From contig JAZONM010000017.1 of assembly GCA_045654505.1 (NCBI GenBank), forward strand, positions 1,556 to 65,555: 64,000 nt of DNA, in the 5' to 3' direction. The stretch is from Clostridia bacterium. GTDB taxonomy: Bacteria; Bacillota; Clostridia; Christensenellales; UBA1242. Shown in pieces: positions 1-8,975 of this stretch (positions are counted from its first letter, which is position 1; each line of letters starts with the position of its first letter). Under the pieces are notes generated by a model that was not told the origin of the DNA, searched no databases, and saw nothing but the letters and a program-made list of their open reading frames with translations. Position numbers and translations under genes: made by a program.

Positions 1-678
1 TTTACACGCATCACTATCCTTACCCAATTTACCACTGTAGTTTAGTTGAAGCGCCACACAATCATCATCTGGCAAAACCCCAAGAACCTCAATGTTTAAA
101 TATTCTTTTATTGTATTGATATCAAGCATATCCCCATCAAGAATAAGATCTCCTCTTACACGATTGATTATGAGTTTTGGTTTTGAAATAGAATAATTGT
201 TTAGAATATTTATCACTTTATCTGCATCACGCAAGGCAGATAAATGTGGAGTTGTTATGACAATCGCCTCATTTGCACAAGCCACTACACGATGAAACCC
301 CTCATCTATTCCAGCAGGACAATCCAGTAAAACATAATCAAAACTCTCAGCCAACTCTTCAATCACGTATTTAATTTTCTCATATTCAATATTCTGAGAA
401 GTGTACGCGTGATTACTCGGCAAAACATAAAGATTGTCCTCAAAAAAATCTTGTACAAGAGCTTGTCTCGGTCTGCATCTATCATTAAGCACGTCCACAA
501 TATCAAAAACCGCTTTATTTTCCACTCCCATAACCACATCAAGATTATTTAGGCCAAAATCTCCATCAAGCATGAGTACTTTCTGACCGATTGCCGCCAA
601 AGCATAACCTAAATTGGCGCATACTGTCGTTTTTCCCACCCCACCTTTGCCGCTAGTAATTACGATTATTCTTGCCAT
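1..678 (-). CDS. minD: Septum site-determining ATPase MinD (3' end cut by window edge)
   Basis: Reverse translation from the ATG at 676-678 gives MARIIVITSGKGGVGKTTVCANLGYALAAIGQKVLMLDGDFGLNNLD. This contains the deviant Walker A KGGVGKT of MinD/ParA. The frame stays open to base 1, and the ORF is absent from the track because it is open-ended. Confidence 0.9.
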   Translation of the reverse strand, partial: MARIIVITSGKGGVGKTTVCANLGYALAAIGQKVLMLDGDFGLNNLDVVMGVENKAVFDIVDVLNDRCRPRQALVQDFFEDNLYVLPSNHAYTSQNIEYEKIKYVIEELAESFDYVLLDCPAGIDEGFHRVVACANEAIVITTPHLSALRDADKVINILNNYSISKPKLIINRVRGDLILDGDMLDINTIKEYLNIEVLGVLPDDDCVALQLNYSGKLGKDSDACK

Positions 679-710
679 ATTACCACCTTTTCACATATTT
701 TACAGACTTT

Positions 711-749
711 AAAAGAAAAAACAAAGCGACTTAAATTTCAATCGCTTTG
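711..749 (-). terminator. Intrinsic terminator after the mreB-like gene
   Basis: Stem caaagcga (722-729) pairs with tcgctttg (742-749). The plus-strand A-run at 711-721 becomes a T-run on the minus strand. Confidence 0.55.
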
Positions 750-800
750 TTTAAGAAAATAAAGTTTAAAATATTAAAAATTGTGATAAATTGCTACAAA

Positions 801-1799
801 TTATTTATTTTTTTGTAAAAGTGAATCTAATAAAACTGGGTCATTAAGTAGAGTTTTGCATCCGTCAACAACACAATCTTCCGGATCATCACATACATAC
901 ACTGGCAAACTAAGTCTGCCTTTCATAAATTTCTCAAATCCAGTAATTGTAGACAAACTTCCGCATACATACACACCTCTGCGTTTTATGTCTGACACAA
1001 TTTCACTATTACACACCCTCAACATACTTATGATACCATTACAAACTTTTGTGTAAAAATCCACAAATAAAGGACGGATTTCTTGTGATTGAAGCGTAAT
1101 TTCATTGTTTAATGCGGTATTTATATCATTTCCAACAACAGTAATGGACGAAATATCATTTGCAAGCAGTGTCTCAAGCCTTAGACGAATCTCTTCGCAA
1201 GTATTAAGACTAATATTGGTGCTATAACCCGTCTCAAAATAGTCCTTTATTCCTATATTTAACAAATCTTTTCCTATATCAAGCGTACAAGCTTGCAAAA
1301 TTGTACCATTGGCAATGACCGCTATGTCTACCACATCCTCAATATTAAGAATAAGATGCGCCGATAAATCATTTTCTTGGCATTCCATATTTATAAATGC
1401 AGACATCAATGCAGGTAAAACAGCCACATTATTCATCTTTACACTGTAAAGCAAGTTTACAAACTCATTTTTTTCTTGTTTTGTAAGGCTCGAAGCCAAA
1501 AGCAAAAGTGCGTTTTTTCTGGAGAATTTCTTTAGGTTTAGTTTTTCGACAATACCCTCCATTAAATATTGTGCATATTCACGATTAACAACCACCCCAT
1601 CAATAATAGGTCGAATTATCTCGATATTAGGCGGACACTTACCTTCCAAATCATAAGCCTCTTTGCCTACAGCAACAATATTTTTTTTGTTTCCGATATT
1701 CTCTACAGCAACAATAGAAGGTTCTTGCAAAACTTTGCCAGAACCCACTTTAAATACAATTATTTCGTTAGACATTACAAAAGCGTAGTTGTAAGTCAT
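801..1799 (-). CDS. MreB/Mbl-like actin-fold protein with degenerate nucleotide-binding motifs
   Basis: 332 aa. EPSIVAV...IVAVGKEAYDLEGKCPPNIEIIRPIIDGVV aligns by eye with the MreB N-terminal region. A GGAGG RBS lies 4 nt upstream. The phosphate-1, phosphate-2 and adenosine glycine-rich motifs are not conserved (see finding). Confidence 0.7.
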   Translation of the reverse strand: MTYNYAFVMSNEIIVFKVGSGKVLQEPSIVAVENIGNKKNIVAVGKEAYDLEGKCPPNIEIIRPIIDGVVVNREYAQYLMEGIVEKLNLKKFSRKNALLLLASSLTKQEKNEFVNLLYSVKMNNVAVLPALMSAFINMECQENDLSAHLILNIEDVVDIAVIANGTILQACTLDIGKDLLNIGIKDYFETGYSTNISLNTCEEIRLRLETLLANDISSITVVGNDINTALNNEITLQSQEIRPLFVDFYTKVCNGIISMLRVCNSEIVSDIKRRGVYVCGSLSTITGFEKFMKGRLSLPVYVCDDPEDCVVDGCKTLLNDPVLLDSLLQKNK

Positions 1800-1814
1800 A
1801 TTTCCTCCAAGAAA

Positions 1815-3323
1815 TTATAGAATTTCTAGATTTTTATTGAATGCTTTTTTAAATTCATTGCTTGAAAGCATAGCATGTTTTATCTCAAGTTCAGCTGGCT
1901 CTTTCACAACAGTTTTCATAATTACACTGTCACCAAGAATATCACAATTGATATCTATTACACTTCCAAAGTGAGTAATATCAAGTGATTCAGCAATCTT
2001 CAAAATAACCGCCAATTTCTTTGCAATTAGCAAATCTTCTTCTTTAATAAGGTCTTTATATTTTACCCAATCCGACAAATTGAAATTGTCTGCATTTGTC
2101 ATCATAACAACAAATGCCGCAAGCACGATATCCCCGTGATTTACGCCGAAAATGTCACTTTGCATAGTAGTGCCAAAACTTGCTTTTTCATTTTCGAATA
2201 CATTGATTCTATAACCCGAATTACACATATAACTTGCAATTCTAAGCACCTTTACATATGGACGTCCAAGTTTGTGCAAAACTTTAAGTTGTTTAAACAA
2301 AATCATCGCAACATCATAAACATGTTGAGTATTATTAGGTTTTCTATCATAGTAGTCATTTAATACTTGAAGACTATAACCCAATGTGTCACTAATAGGT
2401 TTTTCAATTGTAAGAGGTATTGCATTATTAAATAATACACCTTCTGCAAAACCAGTACGACTGATTGACAAAGTATCCTTATTGATATGAGATAGTACTC
2501 CGTCCATAATGACAAAAGCAGATTGAAGATAACGACTATCCTCCATACTTACGCCTTTTACTTTAGTGGATTTTGTAACATCTTGCGCTTTCAAAACCCC
2601 ATAAACTTTGTCAAAATTTTCTTTGTTTAGGCTGTAATTATGTGCAAGGTCAAGCGGATATTTTCTCGCCTTTCTTGAAATTGTGCCTAAATTTAGGAAC
2701 ATATTTCCTGCACCAATAACCTCAAACTCTTCTTGCAAATTCAAAATCCACTCTTCGTCTTTAATCTCATTGTAGATAGTGTCCGAAACGTTTTGAAAAT
2801 CAATGTTTGATTTATTTGCGAAATGAGTCTCATACACATTTTCATAACCATATGGAATAGTCTTTGTATTAAGAATATTTCTTCTGTTGTATAGTAAAAA
2901 AGTAGTGTAAAAATTGGAAATATTTATAATAAGACCTTTTGGTTTGTTGAATGTATTGATAACAGCAGTATAGATATAATTTATCTCCTCCTCTGCTGTA
3001 AGCACGCTAAATTGTAATCCAGTAACAGCAAAAAGTTCATTTAAGAAGCCATTATTGTTTTTAGCTTCTTCCATAAATGCCCCTGCATAACACAAGGTCT
3101 CTGTAATACCTTCTGCATCAATCATTTTCTTAAATATAGTAAGTACTGATTTTACTTCTTTAATGATTGCTGGTTTTATAAAATTGTCTGTTTTGAAATC
3201 TTTCAAAATATTGACTGGCAGACTAACATTGCGATAAACAACAAACCACTTGTTTTTCACAACATCGACAAATTGCATTTCAATGTTTTGAGGATTTAAT
3301 TTTACTATAGCTATTTTATCCAA
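1815..3323 (-). CDS. Ppx/GppA-family (exopolyphosphatase-like) protein, degenerate motifs, TTG start
   Basis: 502 aa. YAGAFMEEAKNNNGFLNELFAVTGLQFSVLTAEEEINYIYTAV matches the Ppx/GppA pattern ATSAxRxAxNxxxFxxxxxxxxGxxxxVISGxEEA. The C-terminal half resembles the HD-like domain. RBS is aaggaga, 7 nt before the TTG. Confidence 0.65.
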   Translation of the reverse strand: MDKIAIVKLNPQNIEMQFVDVVKNKWFVVYRNVSLPVNILKDFKTDNFIKPAIIKEVKSVLTIFKKMIDAEGITETLCYAGAFMEEAKNNNGFLNELFAVTGLQFSVLTAEEEINYIYTAVINTFNKPKGLIINISNFYTTFLLYNRRNILNTKTIPYGYENVYETHFANKSNIDFQNVSDTIYNEIKDEEWILNLQEEFEVIGAGNMFLNLGTISRKARKYPLDLAHNYSLNKENFDKVYGVLKAQDVTKSTKVKGVSMEDSRYLQSAFVIMDGVLSHINKDTLSISRTGFAEGVLFNNAIPLTIEKPISDTLGYSLQVLNDYYDRKPNNTQHVYDVAMILFKQLKVLHKLGRPYVKVLRIASYMCNSGYRINVFENEKASFGTTMQSDIFGVNHGDIVLAAFVVMMTNADNFNLSDWVKYKDLIKEEDLLIAKKLAVILKIAESLDITHFGSVIDINCDILGDSVIMKTVVKEPAELEIKHAMLSSNEFKKAFNKNLEIL

Positions 3324-3504
3324 AGTATATCTCCTTTGTGGTAGGTGCTTTAGTACACACCTCTTCCATGCTACACAAATTATAACACATAATTAAACAT
3401 TTGTACACATAAATTGATTTTTTTATTATAAAAATTCAGATATTTTTATTTTATCCCATCAGTACATAGCTGCATTCAATACAAAAATCTTCAATGTTTT
3501 TGGA

Positions 3505-3532
3505 AATAAAAAAATCGCTTATTGAAGCGATT
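3505..3532 (-). terminator. Intrinsic terminator after the ferredoxin gene
   Basis: Stem aatcgctt (3513-3520) pairs with aagcgatt (3525-3532) and is followed on the minus strand by a T-run. Confidence 0.6.
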
Positions 3533-3700
3533 TTAGTCAATTTTTATTGCAGCTACTGGACAAGACATTTCACATGCATGACATTTGATACAAATGTTTT
3601 TATCAATAACAGCCTTGCCGTCTTTATCCATACTGATTGCTCCTACTGGACAAATGCCCACACAAGTACCACAACCAATACACTTTTTCTTATCTATCAT
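3533..3700 (-). CDS. Small 2x[4Fe-4S] ferredoxin (55 aa, below the track length cutoff)
   Basis: Manual reverse translation gives MIDKKKCIGCGTCVGICPVGAISMDKDGKAVIDKNICIKCHACEMSCPVAAIKID. It carries two CxxCxxCxxxCP cluster motifs. Confidence 0.85.
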   Translation of the reverse strand: MIDKKKCIGCGTCVGICPVGAISMDKDGKAVIDKNICIKCHACEMSCPVAAIKID

Positions 3701-3771
3701 AGTCCTTACTCTCCTATTAAATTATTGAGAGTATACCACCTTTTACAAGATTTCTCAATCAAAAAAACCTC

Positions 3772-4188
3772 TTATCTTAAAAAACCTATATACTTGAATT
3801 GAGGATTGGGCATTTTCTTTTTTCGCAAAGATATCAGAGTCTCTATCAATTGCCAAACCCCGACTGCGAGTAAGAAAAATCCAAAGTACACTTTAAGGCG
3901 ATCATTGCTCACACTTAGCGCTACAATTGACCCCAGTACAGAAGTTACCAATCCGCTCAATATTATTGGTATACCAATCTTAAAATTAACCAGTTTGTTT
4001 TTACAATGAATAATCAGCGCCACAATTGACATGGGTACAAAAGCAATAAGATTGATACCCTGTGCTGTCCTCTGACCTACGTCTAAAAATATAGTCAAAA
4101 TAGGAATAAGAAGAGTACCTCCGCCCATTCCCATACCTCCTATTATACCGCTTACAAAACCAGCAACAATATACCAAAAAATACTCAT
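3772..4188 (-). CDS. TSUP (TauE/SafE) family permease, C-terminal half-size subunit
   Basis: 138 aa, 4 predicted TM segments, glycine-rich motif GIIGGMGMGGGTLLIPIL typical of TauE/SafE. Its ATG overlaps the upstream TGA (ATGA). Confidence 0.75.
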   Translation of the reverse strand: MSIFWYIVAGFVSGIIGGMGMGGGTLLIPILTIFLDVGQRTAQGINLIAFVPMSIVALIIHCKNKLVNFKIGIPIILSGLVTSVLGSIVALSVSNDRLKVYFGFFLLAVGVWQLIETLISLRKKKMPNPQFKYIGFLR

Positions 4189-4616
4189 AAAATCAGTTTT
4201 AAACCTCCCGCTATAATGACGCCGGCAAAGACAATTCTAAGGATTACATTGCTCATGGTTTTTAGTAAAATTGCCCCAGTTGCACCGCCAAGCACAAATC
4301 CTGCACCCACTTGCACTGCCATCATTACATCTATTGAGCCTTTTAGCAAATACACTACAAAACTACATATTGAAAGAGGTAACATAATAAGTAATGCAGT
4401 GGCGTGAGCGGATTTTTCAGGGAGTTTTAATATACTTATAAGCACTGGTACACACACCATACCTCCACCACCTCCCCAAAATCCATTTATCCAGCCAATA
4501 ACAAGCCCTGAAAGAATGAGCCAAAGCAAAAGAAATTTTGATTGCTTTTCCTTTTTAAATGTATTCGTCTCCACAAAAACACAGTTTTCGTTTATTCTAA
4601 AATTGATGTTTTTCAT
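4185..4616 (-). CDS. TSUP (TauE/SafE) family permease, N-terminal half-size subunit
   Basis: 143 aa, motif GFWGGGGGMVCVPVL, 4 TM segments. It is translationally coupled to the next half. Confidence 0.75.
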   Translation of the reverse strand: MKNINFRINENCVFVETNTFKKEKQSKFLLLWLILSGLVIGWINGFWGGGGGMVCVPVLISILKLPEKSAHATALLIMLPLSICSFVVYLLKGSIDVMMAVQVGAGFVLGGATGAILLKTMSNVILRIVFAGVIIAGGLKLIL

Positions 4617-4774
4617 AATGTTAGTTTTTATAAAACAAAATTAAATATTCTACTTTGGTAGAGTATTTTCCAAATTGTTGTGCATAATATTTGTAATGGT
4701 AAATTTTTCCAAATTTCTTAGCGGATCTTATCTATATATAATTTATTATATTTATAATAACCTTGTAATAATAG

Positions 4775-4803
4775 TTGATAGAATCGGTAAAATGTTGTAT
4801 AAT
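4775..4803 (+). promoter_or_regulatory. Sigma-A type promoter for the large surface protein gene
   Basis: TTGATA (4775-4780), a 17-nt spacer, then TATAAT (4798-4803), about 35 nt before the start codon. Confidence 0.55.
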
Positions 4804-4837
4804 TTTTAAGTTAGAATTACGATAAAAGGTGGGCAAA

Positions 4838-7800
4838 ATGTCTAAAAAATCTTTAACTAAAAACTTTAAAAAGAAAATTGTTTCGGGAGTAATCGCGCTT
4901 GGCCTAGGTATATCCTCTCTATCAGGTCTTATTTTACACAGACCAAATAATGTTGTTTACGCCGAACAAGGAAATAGCGTAGTAGAAAACTATAATTTCA
5001 AACAAACAAGCGGAAGCTCTGTTCCGGCTACTCCTTCTACTTGGACCAAAATCAGCGACGATAGTTCCAATACTGACGGAGTTGTGTCGGGTGTTTTCTC
5101 TTCCTATCAAGCAAATATAACCAACAATGAAAAGTACCTTGACAATTACAAACTTTTGAATAGTCCAGGACATGTTGAGGACAATATGCCTGAGAATGAG
5201 GATAAGGACACAAATGGTCTTTACCGTAGCCTTATGATCAACTCTCCAAAAAATGAGAGCCGTATGGGTTATGAGAGTAATAAATTTACACTAAACGCAA
5301 ATTCGTATTATGTAGTTACTGTAAAATTGAAGACAACAACTTGTGAGAATCCTGACGACAACACAAATTACTCTGATTGGGACAGCCGTGCATCAATCTA
5401 TCTAATGGACAAGTCAGACGACAAAAAACCTGTTGTTATTGACGAATTTAGTATGATTGATAGCAACAACAACTATAATGAATACGAGATCTATCTTGCA
5501 ACAAATGAATTTGTTTCTGCATCATCTACCCTTCAATTATATCTTGGTGGACGTACTTCCGATCTACTTACAATCGGTGCAGTTTTCTTTAATAGTGCAT
5601 CCGTAACTGAGGTAAGCCGCGACAAATATCTTCAACAAACTGCCGCTGGCGAAAATGAGTACGTAAGCATAACAGACCTAAGACAAGGCGCTGATTACAA
5701 TCCAGTAACAAACCCTTCTTTCGAAGAAGACTATTCAGTAGGCTGGACCTTGACAGAAAGTGACAGTAATTTGAGTCATGTTGCTAGTGTTATGGGAGAT
5801 AGCTTCCACACACTAAGCGATGCTAAAGACCATGACCTTACTGATGTAAAACCTTATACCAACAACTCATCTTTAGACAATACTCACATTCTATTTATGC
5901 ACTTGAGTGACGAAGGTAGTATTTCACTTGAATCCACACCTATCAAAATCAAACAACATGGTTTTTATAAAATAAGCGTATGGGCATGGTGCAATGCTGG
6001 TTCTGATTCTACTCCATCAATTTCAATAAATGACAAAGAAGGTGAAGTTGAGAGTGTATCGCTAAATGTCAACAACACACTAAACTCTAATTCAAACAGC
6101 CTTACAAATGACTGGAAACAATATTCTATATATGTTAATGGCTCAGCATATGAAGATAAAGAAGTAACTCTTAATCTAACTCTTTCTACAAAAGGAAAAG
6201 GTTATGTATTCTTTGATGAAGTTACACTTCAACGCTTGAGCAGTCAAAATTCTTCCGATGGACAATCTCAAAGCAATAGCACTTTAATGACCTTCAATTC
6301 TGACTCCAAAAACTATAATGTAGCAAATTACGAGTTTAATTTGACAGTCAATGAAGACAACACTATCACCTACCCTCTTGCTCCTAAGGATTGGGAAGCT
6401 GATTTAGATGAAGATAATATGATTGGTGGCGTAATCAATACTAGCACAAGCCACTTCGACGCTAATAAATCACAATATGAAATCAATGATGGCGGAGCAC
6501 CAAACAATCCTGGCTATGTAGACAAACTTGTATCGGACGAGACAAGCAACAACGTATTGATGATTGGTAGTGATTCTGCAAATGTTTCGGGAAGCTTTAC
6601 CACAGCAGATTCATTTCCTGCCGAAGCAAATAAAACTTACAGACTTTCCCTACTTGCTCATGGTAATGTAGGCGTAAAAGTATTTAATGATGATTATTAT
6701 ATCTTCAGTCAAGACAATATTGTATGCGACGACTGGAAAACAATCGAAGTTTACTTCACCACTGGACAAAACTCCGAGAATATCAAAATCCAATTAAGCC
6801 AAAACAATACTATAGGTTATGCATACTTTGATCGTGTTAAGATTGAGGCTAGTAGCCTTGAGGCATTCAATTTGAGCAATGCTGGTCACAAATATTTGAT
6901 TGACCTAAGCACTTTCAATTTTGAAAATTCAAATGCTAATGATATCACTCCAAATTTCTTTACTGTAAATCAAGACGCTGCAAATGTAAAATCAAGCATT
7001 GTAGATTTGAGTGTAAATGGTGGTTATCATGGCATCAAATCTTATGATGAAAATAATAAGTTTGCCCTTGTAATTGATAGTGATAATGAGGTTGTTTATC
7101 AATTAGCAAGCGCACGTCAATTCAAGCTTACTTCTGGTAGTTTTTACAAAATCTCTGCCATGATTAAGACTTTAGACGTAAATAATGGTGCATATTTTGG
7201 AATTGATGGAGAAGGTATTACCAAAAACTTCTCATGTATCAATACAAAATTAGATGAAAATACAAATAAATGGACCGAGTACTCTATTTATGTTAGAGCG
7301 ACATCAGATACCGAAATTAGTGTACTTCTAGGACTTGGTTGTGAAGACAATGCTAGTTATGGTATGGTATTCTTTGATGATATTGCAATCACTACCCTAT
7401 CTGACGAAGCAGCATTCAACGAAGCTATTGAAGGAAAAGATAATGATCCTGCAGTACTTATCGTAAATGAAATCAAAGACACAGAAGAAGACACTACTGA
7501 ACCAGAAGAAAACAGTCCTCTAGACGGTAGCTTTAATTGGGCTATTATCCCAAGTCTTATCACTGCCCTTGCAATATTCATTGCTTTGATCGGAACATTG
7601 GTAAGAAAGATCAACTGGAAAAAACACACCAAAGTAAAAACATCTTATGACAGAGCAAAAACTCTTGAAAAAGATATGGATAGACGCGAACGTATCGCTC
7701 TAAGACAACAAATTATTGCAGAATTGAATGATCAAATCGCTCAAATTGATCGCGAAATTGAAGAATACAAAGCTGTAATTAGAGAACAAGAAAAAGCTGT

Positions 7801-8362
7801 TCAAGCAAAGATTGCCGAACAACAAAGACAATATGTCGAGAAAAAACAAGCAATTACCGCTGAAAGAGAACAACTTCTTCATGAGAGAAATGAAAAACTT
7901 GCTAAAGACAAAAATGCTTATACTGCTAAGGCTGAAGAAGAATTTAATGCTTACATTAAAAAGCTTGAAAGCCAAGAAGCAAAACAACAAAAGATTATTA
8001 GCAGTAAAGAATTGGCGCTTAAAGAATTGCACGCAAAACGTGATGCAAAACTTGCAAATTATATAGCTAAGAAAGAGCGTATAAAAGAAGAAATTGCACG
8101 TGTTGATGCAGAGATTGAAGAAATTGCCAAAGAAGAAGCAAGAATTTGGGAAGAGTACAAACAAGCAAAAGCTGAAGCAAAACGCCAAAAAGCTGAGTAC
8201 AAAGCTCAAATTAAGAAAGAAAAAGAAGAACGTCAAGCAAAAAAATCTTCTAATAAAAAGAATGAGGAAAAAGTTCAAAAATCCAATGAAAGCAAACCTG
8301 AAAATGTAGAAGTAAAACAAGAGGATATTGAGATTACACCTCCAGATGAAGATAATAAATAA
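4838..8362 (+). CDS. Large cell-surface protein: signal anchor, four beta-sandwich (CBM-like) modules, C-terminal TM, K/E-rich coiled-coil tail
   Basis: The ATG at 4838 is preferred over the GTG at 4829 because AAGGTGG lies 5 nt upstream. The N-terminal hydrophobic segment is IVSGVIALGLGISSLSGLIL. Modules end in AVFFNSASVTEV, YVFFDEVTLQRL, YAYFDRVKIEAS and MVFFDDIAITTL. The TM segment is WAIIPSLITALAIFIALIGTLV, followed by about 250 aa of K/E/A/Q heptad-like sequence. Confidence 0.8.
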   Translation: MSKKSLTKNFKKKIVSGVIALGLGISSLSGLILHRPNNVVYAEQGNSVVENYNFKQTSGSSVPATPSTWTKISDDSSNTDGVVSGVFSSYQANITNNEKYLDNYKLLNSPGHVEDNMPENEDKDTNGLYRSLMINSPKNESRMGYESNKFTLNANSYYVVTVKLKTTTCENPDDNTNYSDWDSRASIYLMDKSDDKKPVVIDEFSMIDSNNNYNEYEIYLATNEFVSASSTLQLYLGGRTSDLLTIGAVFFNSASVTEVSRDKYLQQTAAGENEYVSITDLRQGADYNPVTNPSFEEDYSVGWTLTESDSNLSHVASVMGDSFHTLSDAKDHDLTDVKPYTNNSSLDNTHILFMHLSDEGSISLESTPIKIKQHGFYKISVWAWCNAGSDSTPSISINDKEGEVESVSLNVNNTLNSNSNSLTNDWKQYSIYVNGSAYEDKEVTLNLTLSTKGKGYVFFDEVTLQRLSSQNSSDGQSQSNSTLMTFNSDSKNYNVANYEFNLTVNEDNTITYPLAPKDWEADLDEDNMIGGVINTSTSHFDANKSQYEINDGGAPNNPGYVDKLVSDETSNNVLMIGSDSANVSGSFTTADSFPAEANKTYRLSLLAHGNVGVKVFNDDYYIFSQDNIVCDDWKTIEVYFTTGQNSENIKIQLSQNNTIGYAYFDRVKIEASSLEAFNLSNAGHKYLIDLSTFNFENSNANDITPNFFTVNQDAANVKSSIVDLSVNGGYHGIKSYDENNKFALVIDSDNEVVYQLASARQFKLTSGSFYKISAMIKTLDVNNGAYFGIDGEGITKNFSCINTKLDENTNKWTEYSIYVRATSDTEISVLLGLGCEDNASYGMVFFDDIAITTLSDEAAFNEAIEGKDNDPAVLIVNEIKDTEEDTTEPEENSPLDGSFNWAIIPSLITALAIFIALIGTLVRKINWKKHTKVKTSYDRAKTLEKDMDRRERIALRQQIIAELNDQIAQIDREIEEYKAVIREQEKAVQAKIAEQQRQYVEKKQAITAEREQLLHERNEKLAKDKNAYTAKAEEEFNAYIKKLESQEAKQQKIISSKELALKELHAKRDAKLANYIAKKERIKEEIARVDAEIEEIAKEEARIWEEYKQAKAEAKRQKAEYKAQIKKEKEERQAKKSSNKKNEEKVQKSNESKPENVEVKQEDIEITPPDEDNK

Positions 8363-8363
8363 T

Positions 8364-8397
8364 AAAAAAAGATGCTAAATTAGCATCTTTTTTTTTT
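8364..8397. terminator. Bidirectional intrinsic terminator between convergent genes
   Basis: Stem aagatgcta (8369-8377) pairs with tagcatctt (8381-8389). It is flanked by an A-run and a 10-nt T-run. Confidence 0.8.
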
Positions 8398-8428
8398 AAT
8401 TAGTCAATTACAAAGCATCTTAAAAAAT

Positions 8429-8803
8429 TTATTTACTTATTTGAATAATTTGCCCAATAAAAACTTCTTTAACATTATTTAATTGTTTTAAGGACAAGTG
8501 ACTTACTTTATATTTCTCGGCGATTTTCTGCAATGTCTCACCTGGTTTTACTACATGAAACTTCTTATCCACCTTTTCTATAAGCACAACACTATCAGTC
8601 GTCGGATTTCCCTCTACTATTCTATATCCCATAAGTTCAAGTTCTCTTTCGTCCCAATTGGAACGAATATTATAAAGATACCTTTGAGGGTAATTTTGTA
8701 TGATAGTTATGTCATCACTACCTTCGCAAATTATCTCAAAATCTTTTAAATTTTTCCAGTCAAAAGTCTCATAGTCTATATTTTTTAGTTTTATTTCTCT
8801 CAT
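8429..8803 (-). CDS. LysM domain-containing protein (no signal peptide)
   Basis: 124 aa. The C-terminal HVVKPGETLQKIAEKYKVSHLSLKQLNNVKEVFIGQIIQI fits the LysM consensus. Confidence 0.75.
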   Translation of the reverse strand: MREIKLKNIDYETFDWKNLKDFEIICEGSDDITIIQNYPQRYLYNIRSNWDERELELMGYRIVEGNPTTDSVVLIEKVDKKFHVVKPGETLQKIAEKYKVSHLSLKQLNNVKEVFIGQIIQISK

Positions 8804-8975
8804 ATTTCACCTACTACAAATCTATATGCCTCGATAAAACATTTTATTAGTAAAAATTTGAATTTTATAATATTCTACGCCCAACTCAAATACAATATTG
8901 GTAGAATAATGTTTTTGAGGTGATATTATTAAATCTTTAATAAAGTCTGTAGCTATCCTGTCAGTATTTAGTGTT

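Noticed and set aside
3494-3802. 102-aa plus-strand ORF
   Set aside because: It is antisense to the 55-aa ferredoxin, whose double CxxCxxCxxxCP motif is unambiguous.
7700-8320. 206-aa Phe/Leu-rich ORF on the minus strand
   Set aside because: It is the antisense reading of the K/E-rich coiled-coil tail of the 1174-aa protein (AAG/GAA read backwards as TTC/CTT). It is a low-complexity artefact with no RBS.
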